Notes under the pieces: generated by a model
What the model was told of the DNA's origin: nothing
What the model saw: only the letters and a program-made list of their open reading frames with translations
Database searches by the model: none
Source: an uncultured Clostridia bacterium
Lineage (GTDB): Bacteria > Bacillota > Clostridia > TANB77 > CAG-508
Length of the DNA: 64,000 bases
Reading direction: 5' to 3'
Assembly (NCBI GenBank): GCA_934121905.1
Contig: CAKOVI010000009.1
Location: forward strand, 3,986-67,985
Made by a program: the position numbers and the translations under genes
Shown here: positions 39,709 through 50,094 of the stretch, one piece after another
How the letters are laid out: every line of letters begins with the position of its first letter
Numbering within the stretch: the stretch's first letter is position 1

Positions 39709-41241
39709 CTATTTTTCTATCAAACTTTCTCCTGTCATTTCTTCTGGTTTTTCTATTCCCATTAAATCTAATATTGTTGGTGCTAAATCTGCTAGTTTTC
39801 CTTCTTTTAATTTTATATTCTCTTTTTCAGATATTAAAATTAATGGTACTAAATTTGTAGTATGAGCAGTATGTGGTTCTCCTGTTTTGTAATCTATCAT
39901 TTGTTCAGCATTTCCATGGTCTGCTGTTATTAATAGATTTGCTTTTTGTGCGTTTATGGCATCAACTACTTTTCCTACACATTCATCTATTGTTTCTATA
40001 GCTTTTATTGCTGCTGGTAAACTTCCAGTATGACCTACCATGTCTGGATTTGCATAGTTTAATATTATGCAATTATATTTTTTAGAGTTTATTGCATCTA
40101 CTACCTTTTCTGTTACTTCATATGCGCTCATTTCTGGTTTCATATCATATGTTTCAACTTTTGGTGATGGTACTAATATCCTGTCTTCTCCTTCATATTG
40201 TTTTTCTTCTCCACCATTAAAGAAGAAGGTAACATGTGCGTATTTTTCTGTTTCTGCTATTCTTAATTGTTTTCCACCATTTTTACTTATAACTTCTCCA
40301 AGTGTATTCTTTACTGGCTCTTTTTTGAATGCTATATGAACATTTGGCATTGTTTCATCATAACTTGTGAAACATACAAAATATAGGTTCATTTTCTTTG
40401 TTTCGAATTCATTAAATTCTGGGTCTACTATTGCTCTTGTTATTTGTCTTGCTCTATCTGGTCTAAAGTTAAAGAATATTACTGAGTCTCCATCTTCTAT
40501 TGTTGCAACTGGTTTATCTCCATTCATTATTACTGTTGGTTCTACAAATTCGTCAAATACTTCTTTTTGATATGAGCTTTCTATTGCATTTATTGCAGTT
40601 CCTGCTGTTTCTCCTTTTCCGAACACAAGAGCATCATATGCTTTTTGCTCTCTATTCCAACGTTTATCTCTATCCATTGCATAAAATCTTCCAGATAAAC
40701 TTGCAATTTTTCCTACACCTTTTTCTTTCATTTTTTCTTCTAGTTCTTGTATATAGTTTTCAGCTGATGCTGGTGGTGTGTCTCTTCCATCTAAGAAACA
40801 ATGTACATATACGTTTTCAAAGTCTCTTCTTTTTGCCATTTCTAATAGTCCATATAGGTGTCTATTATGGCTATGAACTCCACCATCTGATACTAGTCCT
40901 AATATGTGTAGTTTTGAATTGTTTTTCTTGCAATTTTCTATTGCATTTATAAATTCTTCGTTACTGAAGAAATCTCCATCTTCTATTGATTTTGTTATTC
41001 TTGTTAGTTCTTGGTATACTACTCTTCCTGCTCCTATATTTGTGTGACCCACTTCAGAGTTTCCCATTTGTCCTTCTGGTAATCCTACTGCTAGCCCACT
41101 TGCTGCAATTTTTGTTGTTGGGTATTTTTTCATAAGTTTGTCAATGTTTGGTTTGTTTGCTAATTTTACTGCATTTCCTTCTTTATTATTATTTTCCCCA
41201 AATCCATCTAATATCATAAGCATTGTTAATTTACTATCCAT
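39709..41241 (-). CDS. gpmI: 2,3-bisphosphoglycerate-independent phosphoglycerate mutase
   Basis: 510 aa. Motifs LMILDGFG and [13 protein letters not shown]. Confidence 0.95.
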   Translation of the reverse strand: MDSKLTMLMILDGFGENNNKEGNAVKLANKPNIDKLMKKYPTTKIAASGLAVGLPEGQMGNSEVGHTNIGAGRVVYQELTRITKSIEDGDFFSNEEFINAIENCKKNNSKLHILGLVSDGGVHSHNRHLYGLLEMAKRRDFENVYVHCFLDGRDTPPASAENYIQELEEKMKEKGVGKIASLSGRFYAMDRDKRWNREQKAYDALVFGKGETAGTAINAIESSYQKEVFDEFVEPTVIMNGDKPVATIEDGDSVIFFNFRPDRARQITRAIVDPEFNEFETKKMNLYFVCFTSYDETMPNVHIAFKKEPVKNTLGEVISKNGGKQLRIAETEKYAHVTFFFNGGEEKQYEGEDRILVPSPKVETYDMKPEMSAYEVTEKVVDAINSKKYNCIILNYANPDMVGHTGSLPAAIKAIETIDECVGKVVDAINAQKANLLITADHGNAEQMIDYKTGEPHTAHTTNLVPLILISEKENIKLKEGKLADLAPTILDLMGIEKPEEMTGESLIEK

Positions 41242-41312
41242 AAAATTCTTTCCCTCTTTCTTATTTTTTTAAGTCTTACTTATGGAGATTTTGCCATTAT
41301 TTAAAATGTCTT

Positions 41313-42065
41313 TTATTTATTGTAGTTTACTATTTTTTCAAAGGTTTCTGCTTTTAAACTTGCTCCACCTATTAAGCCTCCATCTATATCTGACATTTCT
41401 AATAATTCTTTGGCATTTTCTGGTTTCATACTTCCACCGTATTGTATTATAACTCTTTCAGCCACGTTTTGTCCATAGATTTTGGAAATTTCGTCTCTTA
41501 TTTTTTTGCATGCATCATTTGCATCTTCTTTTGTTGCTGTTTTTCCTGTTCCTATTGCCCAGATTGGTTCATATGCTATTATTGTGTTTGCTACTTGTTC
41601 TTCTGTTAATCCTTCCAAAGCTTTTTTAGTCTGCTCTGTTATTATGTCATATTGAATGCCTGCTTCTCTTTGCTCTAATGTTTCGCCAACACATACTATT
41701 GGTTTTAGGTTATTTAAAAATGCTGCTTTTATTTTTTTGTTTACTGTTTCATCTGTTTCTGCAAAATATTGCCTTCTTTCAGAGTGACCTATTATTACAT
41801 ATTGTACTCCTATTGATTTTAACATTTTTCCAGAAACTTCTCCCGTATATGCTCCTTTTTCTTCAAAGTGCATATTTTGAGCACCTATTTTTATATTTGT
41901 ATCTTGTGCTGCAAGTAAACTGTAAAATAAATCTGTGTATGGTACACATAGTATTACTTCATTTTCCGTTTTCTTTACAAGTGGTGCTAATGCTGCTATC
42001 ATTTCCATTGCTTCATTTGGAAGCATATTCATTTTCCAGTTTCCTGCAATTACTTTTTTTCTCAT
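41313..42065 (-). CDS. tpiA: Triosephosphate isomerase (start MRKKVIAGNWKMN at 42065)
   Basis: AGNWKMN and IIGHSERR motifs. AAAGGAAGG SD. Confidence 0.93.
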   Translation of the reverse strand: MRKKVIAGNWKMNMLPNEAMEMIAALAPLVKKTENEVILCVPYTDLFYSLLAAQDTNIKIGAQNMHFEEKGAYTGEVSGKMLKSIGVQYVIIGHSERRQYFAETDETVNKKIKAAFLNNLKPIVCVGETLEQREAGIQYDIITEQTKKALEGLTEEQVANTIIAYEPIWAIGTGKTATKEDANDACKKIRDEISKIYGQNVAERVIIQYGGSMKPENAKELLEMSDIDGGLIGGASLKAETFEKIVNYNK

Positions 42066-42105
42066 ATTTACAAGCCTTCCTTTCGCTTTCAATTATTTTC
42101 TATAA

Positions 42106-42690
42106 TCAGATTATATCTGCAGTTTCTCTTAAAATTCTTCTTAAAGTTTCTTTTTTTATAATTTCTATTAATTTATTTTTAGAATCCTCAGTATAATCAT
42201 TTATAAATTCATAATCAAATTGTTTTCTTAAATCATCATTTTGTGAATATTCTTTAATATGTTCGTCTATTTCTTGTAGTCTCGCCTCTTCCGCATCTTT
42301 AGGTAAGTTCCTATTTTTTAATTCTTTTTTAGCTCTTTTAACATCATAAGGAATAATATATATTGAAAAAATATTTCGAGCATGTCTTTTTATATCATAT
42401 ATTCTATTATAATGGACTTCTGTTACTAGATTTTCATTAGATTCAAGTAATTCTTTTCTGTATCCATATTTTGCCCCAAGAAATTCAAAATTTGCTGTAA
42501 TTTCATTTGTCTTCACTTTTTTCTCAAATTCTTCATCACTTACAAATTCTTTATCAATTCCTGCAATTTCTCCTGTTCTCTTTTTTCTAGTAGTTACTAT
42601 CACTAAATTTTTAAATCCAAGTTCTTTAGCTATTGCATCCTTAAAAAACGACTTTCCTGTACCTGTTATTCCTGATAACGTTACTATCAT
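42106..42690 (-). CDS. Guanylate-kinase-like P-loop NMP kinase paralog (specificity unknown)
   Basis: P-loop LSGITGTGKSF. The Gmk-like TTRKKRTGEIAGIDKEFVSDEEF and GAKYGYRK (G.YGT-like) are present, but the GMP-binding Tyr in DYxF is replaced. Confidence 0.65.
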   Translation of the reverse strand: MIVTLSGITGTGKSFFKDAIAKELGFKNLVIVTTRKKRTGEIAGIDKEFVSDEEFEKKVKTNEITANFEFLGAKYGYRKELLESNENLVTEVHYNRIYDIKRHARNIFSIYIIPYDVKRAKKELKNRNLPKDAEEARLQEIDEHIKEYSQNDDLRKQFDYEFINDYTEDSKNKLIEIIKKETLRRILRETADII

Positions 42691-43286
42691 TTTTGTTCTC
42701 CTCTTTTTTGAATATCTTTTTCTCCATAATAAATTTGTTTAATTTTCTCAAAAATTTTGCTATAATCATAGTTTTTTGGAAATTTGGTTCTTCCACTTTT
42801 TATAAGCTCAAAAGCTTCTTCTAAAGGTAGCCATACAATTTTATCAATTTCTTCTTTTTGAATTTCTACTTTTGAAGACTGTCTTTTTAAACAGTAAAAT
42901 GTTATAAAGAATTTTTTTATTTTTCCTTTGCTTTCAAATCCCAAAGGTACACCTTGTGGTGTAACTTTTATAACATTCATTGCTTCTTCTAGTTCTATTC
43001 CTAATTCTTCCCTTAGTTCTCTTATCATTGCTTGAGTTTCTGTTTCTCTATCATCTAAATGACCTGAGCACAAATCCTTTTTTCCAGGGGTAAGGCCTTT
43101 ATTTGCTCTTACCTCTATTAAAGCTTCTCCTTTTTCGTTTATGACAAAACAAGTTACTCCTTTTAGCCATTCATTTTCTGTTAATGTTTTTTCTTCTGCT
43201 TTTTCTATTATTCTTTTTAATTCACCATTTTCATCATATACTCTATATGTTTCTTTTGATACTCCAGATATTCTTTGATTTTTCAT
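42687..43286 (-). CDS. NUDIX hydrolase
   Basis: Nudix box GHLDDRETETQAMIRELREELGIE. Overlaps the downstream kinase-like gene by 4 nt. Confidence 0.85.
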   Translation of the reverse strand: MKNQRISGVSKETYRVYDENGELKRIIEKAEEKTLTENEWLKGVTCFVINEKGEALIEVRANKGLTPGKKDLCSGHLDDRETETQAMIRELREELGIELEEAMNVIKVTPQGVPLGFESKGKIKKFFITFYCLKRQSSKVEIQKEEIDKIVWLPLEEAFELIKSGRTKFPKNYDYSKIFEKIKQIYYGEKDIQKRGEQK

Positions 43287-43308
43287 ATAATTTCTACTGC
43301 CTTTCTTT

Positions 43309-43404
43309 TTGCCCCAAATGAACCGGTTCTTTTTGTGCCATTTTCCCCATTAGGACCGGTTCTTTTTGTGTCCGTGCCCAAAAAGAACCGGTCCATTTGT
43401 GCCT
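43309..43404. repeat. MITE-like repeat, copy 14 (ACCGGTTCTTTTTGTG subtype; two direct half-arms plus one inverted arm)
   Basis: CCAAATGAACCGGTTCTTTTTGTG / CCATTAGGACCGGTTCTTTTTGTG / CCCAAAAAGAACCGGTCCATTTGTG. Located between pgk and the NUDIX gene. Confidence 0.8.
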
Positions 43405-43415
43405 ATTTGCATTTT

Positions 43416-44600
43416 TTATTTATCCATCAATGCTTCTATTCCTGGTAACCTCTTTCCCTCTAAGAATTCAAGCGAAGCTCCACCACCAGTAGAGATGTGA
43501 GTCATTTTGTCAGCTAAACCTGCTTTTTCAACAGCTGCTGCTGAATCTCCTCCACCAATTATTTTTATCGCATCAATATCTCCTAATGCTTTTGCAATTT
43601 CATTTGTTCCAACTGCAAATTGGTCAAATTCAAATACACCAAGAGGTCCATTCCATACTATTGTTTTTGCGTTTTGTAGTTCTTCTTTATATAATTTGAT
43701 TGTTTCTTCTCCAATGTCTAAACCTTCCCAGCCATCAGGTATTTCTGTTGATTTTACAGTTTTAGATTCTGTATCTGGTTTAAACTCTTTTCCTATTTTG
43801 TTATCTATTGGAAGTAAGAATTTAACTTTCTTTTCTTTTGCTTTTTCCATTATTTCTAGTGCTAGGTCGCATTTATCTTCTTCACATAAAGAATCTCCAA
43901 CACTGTATCCTTGTGCTTTAAAGAATGTATATGCCATTCCTCCACCTATGATTAAAGTGTCTACTTTTTCTAGTAAGTTTTCTATTACTCCTATTTTATC
44001 AGATACTTTTGAACCACCTAAAATTGCAACAAATGGTCTTTCTGGATTTTCTAGAGCTTCTCCTAAGAATTTTAATTCTTTTTCTATTAAAAATCCTGAT
44101 ACTGCTGGTAAATATTTTGTAACTCCTTCTGTTGATGCGTGTGCTCTATGAGCTGTTCCAAATGCATCATTGACAAATATTTCTCCAAATGATGCTAATT
44201 TTTTAGCAAATTCTGGGTCATTATCTGTTTCTTCTCTATGGAATCTTACATTTTCTAGTAATAATACTTCCCCGTTTTTTAGGTTTTCTGCTTTGTTTTT
44301 CGCATCCTCACCAATTACATCTTCTGCCATTATTACTTCTTGTCCAAGTAATTTTGATAGTTCTTTTGCAACTGGTTTTAGAGAATATTCTGGTTTAAAT
44401 TCTCCTTTTGGTCTTCCTAAATGTGAGCATAATATTACCTTACAATTTTGCTCTAATAAGTATTTTATAGTAGGTAAAGCTGCCACTATTCTTCTATTGT
44501 CTGTAATATTTTTATTTTCGTCCATTGGTACATTGAAGTCACATCTTACCAATACCTTTTTGTCTTTTAAATCTATATCTTTAATTGTTTTTTTATTCAT
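43416..44600 (-). CDS. pgk: Phosphoglycerate kinase
   Basis: 394 aa, with conserved N- and C-domain motifs (RCDFNVP; GGGDSAAAV). Confidence 0.95.
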   Translation of the reverse strand: MNKKTIKDIDLKDKKVLVRCDFNVPMDENKNITDNRRIVAALPTIKYLLEQNCKVILCSHLGRPKGEFKPEYSLKPVAKELSKLLGQEVIMAEDVIGEDAKNKAENLKNGEVLLLENVRFHREETDNDPEFAKKLASFGEIFVNDAFGTAHRAHASTEGVTKYLPAVSGFLIEKELKFLGEALENPERPFVAILGGSKVSDKIGVIENLLEKVDTLIIGGGMAYTFFKAQGYSVGDSLCEEDKCDLALEIMEKAKEKKVKFLLPIDNKIGKEFKPDTESKTVKSTEIPDGWEGLDIGEETIKLYKEELQNAKTIVWNGPLGVFEFDQFAVGTNEIAKALGDIDAIKIIGGGDSAAAVEKAGLADKMTHISTGGGASLEFLEGKRLPGIEALMDK

Positions 44601-44651
44601 AATAAATTCTCATTCCTTTCAAGCTTTAAATTAAACTTTTTATTTAATTAA

Positions 44652-44700
44652 AAGCTAGGTGGCAGGCATTTTTTGTTTGCCACCCTCTAGCTTTTCTTTT
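44652..44700 (-). terminator. Strong intercistronic stem-loop between gap and pgk (GCTAGGTGGCA...TGCCACCCTCTAGC). Probably an mRNA-stability or partial-terminator element.
   Basis: 14-bp GC-rich stem, flanked by T-runs on both strands. Confidence 0.5.
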
Positions 44701-44702
44701 TT

Positions 44703-44762
44703 GTCCATTTGGGACCGGTTCTTTTGTGAACATGTTCATAAAAGAACCGGTCCCAAAAAGTA
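44703..44762. repeat. MITE-like palindromic repeat, copy 15 (CCATTTGGGACCGGTTCTTTTGTGAACATGTTCATAAAAGAACCGGTCCCAAAAAG)
   Basis: Immediately after the gap stop codon. Confidence 0.85.
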
Positions 44763-44764
44763 CA

Positions 44765-45784
44765 TTATTTTTCAAGTTCTGCAAAATATTTGATTGTTCT
44801 AACCATTTGGCTAGTATATGAATTTTCGTTATCATACCAAGAAACAACTTGAACTTGATATGTGTCATCATCTAATTTTTGTACCATTGTTTGAGTTGCA
44901 TCAAATAATGAACCATATCTCATTCCTATAACGTCTGAAGATACTAATTCTTCTTCTGTGTATCCAAATGATTCATTTGAAGCTGCTTTCATAGCTGCAT
45001 TTATTGATTCAACTGTTATATCATGTCCTTTTACAACTGCTACTAATATTGTTGTAGATCCTGTTGGAACTGGAACACGTTGAGCCGAACCTATTAATTT
45101 TCCATTTAGTTCTGGAATAACTAATCCAATTGCTTTAGCTGCTCCTGTTGAGTTAGGAACGATGTTTACAGCTGCTGCTCTTGCTCTTCTTAGATTTCCT
45201 TTTCTGTGTGGACCATCTAGTAACATTTGGTCTCCTGTATAAGCATGTATTGTTGACATTATACCAGACTCTATAGGTGCATAATCATTTAGTGCTTTAG
45301 CCATTGGTGCTAAGCAGTTTGTTGTGCATGATGCTGCAGATATTATTTTGTCTTCTGGTGTTAAGATATCTTGATTTACATTGTAAACTACTGTTGGTAA
45401 ATCTTTTCCAGCTGGTGCTGATATTACAACTCTTTTTGCTCCTGCATTGATATGTGCCATAGCTTTGTCTTTTGATGTGTAGAATCCTGTGCATTCTAAT
45501 ACTACATCTACTCCGATTTCTCCCCATGGTAATTCATTTGCATCTGCTTTTGCATATATTTTTATAGTTTTTCCATCAACTGTTATTGAATCTTCTCCTG
45601 CTACTACTGTGTCTGCTTTTTCGTATCTTCCTTGTGCAGAATCATATTTTAATAGATGTGCTAGCATTGATGGGCTTGTTAGGTCGTTTATTGCAACGAT
45701 TTCATACCCTTCTGCTCCAAACATTTGTCTAAATGCTAGACGTCCTATACGTCCAAATCCATTAATGGCTACTTTTACTGACAT
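44765..45784 (-). CDS. gap: Glyceraldehyde-3-phosphate dehydrogenase (type I)
   Basis: 339 aa. Motifs INGFGRIGR and [10 protein letters not shown]. Confidence 0.95.
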   Translation of the reverse strand: MSVKVAINGFGRIGRLAFRQMFGAEGYEIVAINDLTSPSMLAHLLKYDSAQGRYEKADTVVAGEDSITVDGKTIKIYAKADANELPWGEIGVDVVLECTGFYTSKDKAMAHINAGAKRVVISAPAGKDLPTVVYNVNQDILTPEDKIISAASCTTNCLAPMAKALNDYAPIESGIMSTIHAYTGDQMLLDGPHRKGNLRRARAAAVNIVPNSTGAAKAIGLVIPELNGKLIGSAQRVPVPTGSTTILVAVVKGHDITVESINAAMKAASNESFGYTEEELVSSDVIGMRYGSLFDATQTMVQKLDDDTYQVQVVSWYDNENSYTSQMVRTIKYFAELEK

Positions 45785-46027
45785 ATTAAATTCCTCCTTT
45801 AAACATACTTTTGTCTATGTATGTTTTTTACATTTTTGTTTATTGTTGCCTTTTTCAGGCAAATTTATTCTATAACAAGTTAAAAAATATTTCAAGGGGT
45901 TTGAGAGATTTTTTAAGGCTATTTTTTTACTTTTTTCGATACTTGTGATAGATTTCGACAAATTTTATATTTATTTTGTTATATAATTTTAGCTAAGGTC
46001 TTTTGATCTTAGATTGGAGGTGTTTTA

Positions 46028-46159
46028 ATGCCAAAAAATCGAAAGAAAAGGAAAACTTTTAGTATTGATAAATTTTTACATATTATGTTTAAACGCTTAA
46101 AAAATATTTATTGCATTTTAAAAGTTATTAAAGATATTTTTTGGCTTTTCCAAAAATAA
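46028..46159 (+). CDS. Candidate small basic protein (43 aa) MPKNRKKRKTFSIDKFLHIMFKRLKNIYCILKVIKDIFWLFQK
   Basis: ATG 7 nt after a GGAGGTG SD. The ORF ends 1 nt before a strong intrinsic terminator. It lies in the otherwise non-coding gap promoter region and is too short for the ORF track. Confidence 0.35.
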   Translation: MPKNRKKRKTFSIDKFLHIMFKRLKNIYCILKVIKDIFWLFQK

Positions 46160-46191
46160 AAAAACAGGCATTCCCAGTGCCTGTTTTTTTG
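46160..46191. terminator. Bidirectional rho-independent terminator (ACAGGCA-TTCCCAG-TGCCTGT, with A-run and T-run flanks)
   Basis: Terminates glyQS on the minus strand and the sORF on the plus strand. Confidence 0.65.
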
Positions 46192-46344
46192 ATAATTTTC
46201 ATTATCCGGTCTTTTAATCTCCTTTGGAGATTTATGTGTTTTAATGCCAATTTCATATTTATAATACTATATTTTCTTTAAATTTGCAACAAAAAATAAT
46301 AAATTCTTCAAAAAATCGTTCAACATTTTTCGACATTTGTTTTC

Positions 46345-47727
46345 TTAAAAATTGATTCTCTCTTTTATCCAATTTTCAACTTCATCAATTGAAATTCTGA
46401 CTTGCTCCATTGTATCTCTATCTCTAATAGTAACTTGATTATCCTCTAATGTATCAAAATCAACAGTTACACAATATGGAGTTCCGATTTCATCTTCTCT
46501 TCTATAACGTTTTCCAATTGAACCTGTTTCATCATAATCACACATAAATGTTTTAGATAATTTCTCATGTAATTCCATAGCTTTTCCAGACAATTTTTTA
46601 GATAAAGGCAAAACTGCTAATTTGTATGGAGCTAAAGCTGGATGTAAATGTAAAACTGTTCTTGTATCTCCTTCGGCAATTTCTTGTTCATCATATGCGT
46701 TACATAGGAACATTAATATTAATCTATCTACACCTACTGATGGTTCTATTACAAATGGAACATATTTTTCACCTGTGTCTGGGTCTTGATATGTAAGGTC
46801 TTGTTTTGTTGCTTCCATATGTCTTGATAGGTCATAGTTTGTTCTATCTGCAATTCCCCAAACTTCTCCCCAGCCAAATGGGAATCTATATTCTATATCT
46901 GCTGTTGCTTTGCTATAGAATGATAGTTCTTCTTTTGTATGGTTTCTAAATCTTACATCTTCTTCTTTTGCACCAAGTGATATTAGGAAGTTATGGCAAT
47001 ATTCTTTCCAGTATTCATGCCATTCTAAGTCTGTATCTGGTTTGCAGAAAAATTCTATTTCCATTTGTTCAAATTCACGTGTTCTGAATATGAAGTTTCC
47101 TGGTGTTATTTCGTTTCTGAATGCTTTTCCTTGTTGACATATTCCCATTGGTAATTTTCTTCTTGTTGTTCTAAGTACATTTTTGAAGTTTACAAATATT
47201 CCTTGTGCTGTTTCTGGACGTAGATATATTTCAGATTTTGCATCTTCTGTAACTCCTTGGAATGTTTTGAACATTAGGTTGAATTTTCTGATTGATGTAT
47301 AATTTAGTTTTCCACAGTTTGGACATACTATATTGTTATCATTTATATATTTTACTGTTTCTTCATCTGACCATCCATCTGCTATTACATCTTTTCCATT
47401 TTTTGCAGCCCATTCTTCTATTAATTTGTCTGCTCTATGTCTTGTCTTGCATTCTTTACAATCTATTAAAGGGTCTGAAAAGCTTGCTACATGTCCTGTT
47501 GTTACCCATACTTGAGGATTCATTAATATGCTACTATCTAATCCTACATTGTATTTGTTTTCTTGTACCATCTTTTTCATCCATGCTTTTTTTATGTTAT
47601 TTTTTAATTCCACTCCTAGTGGTCCGTAATCCCATGTATTTGAAAGTCCACCATATATATCTGAACCTGGATAAACATATCCTCTTGCTTTGCATAGGTT
47701 AACTATTTTTTCCATTGAATCTAGCAT
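46345..47727 (-). CDS. glyQS: Glycine--tRNA ligase (dimeric class II, GlyQS type)
   Basis: 460 aa. Class II motifs, an anticodon-binding C-terminus, and a zinc-binding insertion (CPNCGK). Confidence 0.93.
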   Translation of the reverse strand: MLDSMEKIVNLCKARGYVYPGSDIYGGLSNTWDYGPLGVELKNNIKKAWMKKMVQENKYNVGLDSSILMNPQVWVTTGHVASFSDPLIDCKECKTRHRADKLIEEWAAKNGKDVIADGWSDEETVKYINDNNIVCPNCGKLNYTSIRKFNLMFKTFQGVTEDAKSEIYLRPETAQGIFVNFKNVLRTTRRKLPMGICQQGKAFRNEITPGNFIFRTREFEQMEIEFFCKPDTDLEWHEYWKEYCHNFLISLGAKEEDVRFRNHTKEELSFYSKATADIEYRFPFGWGEVWGIADRTNYDLSRHMEATKQDLTYQDPDTGEKYVPFVIEPSVGVDRLILMFLCNAYDEQEIAEGDTRTVLHLHPALAPYKLAVLPLSKKLSGKAMELHEKLSKTFMCDYDETGSIGKRYRREDEIGTPYCVTVDFDTLEDNQVTIRDRDTMEQVRISIDEVENWIKERINF

Positions 47728-47812
47728 TTTCTTTTCCCTCTTTCTTCTCTTTTTTTGATGTTTTTAAGTTTATCATATTTTTCATTTCTTATCAAGCATT
47801 ATCTATAATTTT

Positions 47813-49102
47813 CTAAAAATTTTTGCAGGCTTTTACTTTGATTATTTGCCTATCTTTTACTTTTTCTATTTTGTAGGTTACCTTTTCTGTTTCTACTATT
47901 GGTTTTTCTCCATCTTTTGGAATTCTATCTAGTTTTTTTATTAAATATCCTCCTAATGTATCTACATCTTCTTCATCTATTTCAATATCTAAAAATTTTT
48001 CTACATCATATAAAGCAATACTTGCATCAAATAAAAATGTATTATTATCTATTTTTTTGAACTTGTCTGTTTCTTTATCATATTCGTCATAAATTTCTCC
48101 AACAATTTCCTCTAGAATATCCTCCATTGTTACCATTCCAGCAGTTCCACCATATTCATCTAATATAATTGCAATTTGTTTTTTATCTTTTCTTAATTCT
48201 TTGAATAGTTCATTTACCCTTTTTGTTTCTGATACAAAATATGCTTCTTTTACTAATGATTTTATTTTTGAGTTTTTATTTTTGTTTGAAATCAAAAGGT
48301 CTTTTATATATATTATTCCTTTTATATTGTCCATATTTTCATCATATACTGGAATTCTACTGTATCTCATGTCCTCAGAAAGTTTTTCTATAACCTCAGC
48401 TATTGTCATATCAATATCTAAAGCGAATATTTTATTTCTTGGAACCATTATCTCTGATACAAATTTATCATTAAATTCAAATACATTATTTATCATTTCT
48501 TTTTCTTCTTCTTTAATAGTTCCTTTTTCTTCTCCAACATCAACCATCATTCTTATTTCTTCTTCTGTAACATTGTCCTCTTCTTCACCTGTTACTCCAA
48601 ATAGTTTAGATACTAAATTGGTTGAAAATGTTAAAAATTTAACAAATGGTGCTGTTATAACTGAAATTGTTTTTATTATTCCTATACTTGCAAATGACAC
48701 TTTTTCATAATATTTCATTGCAATTCTCTTTGGCACTAATTCTCCAAATACAAGTGTAAAATATGATAATATTATTGTAATTATTATTATTGATATGCTT
48801 TTCCAAGTTGAAATTGATACACTTGGAAGCCATGTATTTAATACTGGTGCTAGTTTATCTGCAAATGTATCTGATGCAAACGCACTTGATAAAAATCCTG
48901 CAAGTGTTACTCCTATTTGTATTGTTGCTAAAAATTTGCTTGGATTTTTTAGCATATTTTGAATTTTTTTGGCTTTTTTATTTCCTTCTTTTGCTTGTAA
49001 TTCTATTTTTGCATCATTTAATGAAATAAACGCAATTTCCGCTGCGGCAAAAAATGCATTTATTAATATTAAAATTACTAAAATTATTATACTTCCTATC
49101 AT
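47813..49102 (-). CDS. Hemolysin-family membrane protein with DUF21, a CBS pair and a CorC_HlyC domain (TlyC/CNNM-like)
   Basis: 429 aa. N-terminal 4 TM, CBS pair, and a C-terminal transporter-associated domain. Confidence 0.85.
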   Translation of the reverse strand: MIGSIIILVILILINAFFAAAEIAFISLNDAKIELQAKEGNKKAKKIQNMLKNPSKFLATIQIGVTLAGFLSSAFASDTFADKLAPVLNTWLPSVSISTWKSISIIIITIILSYFTLVFGELVPKRIAMKYYEKVSFASIGIIKTISVITAPFVKFLTFSTNLVSKLFGVTGEEEDNVTEEEIRMMVDVGEEKGTIKEEEKEMINNVFEFNDKFVSEIMVPRNKIFALDIDMTIAEVIEKLSEDMRYSRIPVYDENMDNIKGIIYIKDLLISNKNKNSKIKSLVKEAYFVSETKRVNELFKELRKDKKQIAIILDEYGGTAGMVTMEDILEEIVGEIYDEYDKETDKFKKIDNNTFLFDASIALYDVEKFLDIEIDEEDVDTLGGYLIKKLDRIPKDGEKPIVETEKVTYKIEKVKDRQIIKVKACKNF

Positions 49103-49115
49103 AAAAGTCTCCTAA

Positions 49116-50024
49116 CTAATATTTTACTTCTAACATAATTCTTTTAATAAATTGTTTAAAGTTTCTTATTTTTATATTTTTAGCTATTTTTCTTGACTTT
49201 AATTCTTTTTCAAACCAAATTTTATTTTCTTCGTCTAAATCTGGTATAACTGCAAGTAAAGAATTAGTTGCGAATATTGCTAAATTTTCCTTTGTCACTT
49301 TTTTCAGTGGCATTTTTTTTGAAAATTTTAAGATATTATCAAAGTGAACTAGTTTATCTTGTAATTTCTTTCTTTCCATTTCTTCATTTTGGTTTCTCAT
49401 TATGCTATTTTGGCTTTGTACATAATAATATTCATATTTATTAATAGATACCATTGTATTTGCTTTTAATATCATTAATGGCATTGTTGCAAAATCTTCA
49501 TGATACATTCCCTTTGGAAATTCAAGTACTAATTCTTTTTTTATAGCATAATTCCATAAGCAATCTAGTAAGTTATCTTTTCCGAATAATAGGTTAAATC
49601 CTTTTTCACCTGAAACTTTATTAAAAGTATTGCTTTCTTCTTTTTTTAAGATATTTCCATTTTCCTCTACAAATATTGGTTTCCATTTTATTAAATCAAT
49701 ATTTTGATTTATGTATGGTTCAATATCTTTTAGTAGTGTTTTTGATATGTAGTCATCACTATCCACAAAAATTATGTACTCTCCAATTGCTTGGTTTACT
49801 CCATAATTTCTTGTGTCTGATACCCCAGTATTGTCTTTATAAAAATATTTTATTCGTTTATCATTTTTAAATTCTTCTACTCTTTCTTTCAGGTCATCAT
49901 CAGAACCATCATCTACTACTATTATTTCATAATTCTCAGTTGTTCCTTCTTGATTAATTATTGAATTAATTGTTCTTCCTATTGTTTTTCCTGCATTATA
50001 GGCTGGTATAATAAAACTTATCAT
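49116..50024 (-). CDS. Glycosyltransferase family 2
   Basis: N-terminal IIPAYNAGKTIGRTINSIINQ...YEIIVVDDGSDD (GT-A fold with DxD). Confidence 0.85.
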   Translation of the reverse strand: MISFIIPAYNAGKTIGRTINSIINQEGTTENYEIIVVDDGSDDDLKERVEEFKNDKRIKYFYKDNTGVSDTRNYGVNQAIGEYIIFVDSDDYISKTLLKDIEPYINQNIDLIKWKPIFVEENGNILKKEESNTFNKVSGEKGFNLLFGKDNLLDCLWNYAIKKELVLEFPKGMYHEDFATMPLMILKANTMVSINKYEYYYVQSQNSIMRNQNEEMERKKLQDKLVHFDNILKFSKKMPLKKVTKENLAIFATNSLLAVIPDLDEENKIWFEKELKSRKIAKNIKIRNFKQFIKRIMLEVKY

Positions 50025-50094
50025 TTTTTTAATTATCGTCTCCTTTATTTTTATTTGCTATATAATATAACTTTTTTTCATATTTGCCAATAGT

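Noticed and set aside
44644-44871. 75-aa ORF overlapping the gap 3' end and repeat copy 15
   Set aside because: It is out of frame with gap and composed largely of repeat-derived sequence (FGTGSFMNMFTKEPVPNG). It has no SD.
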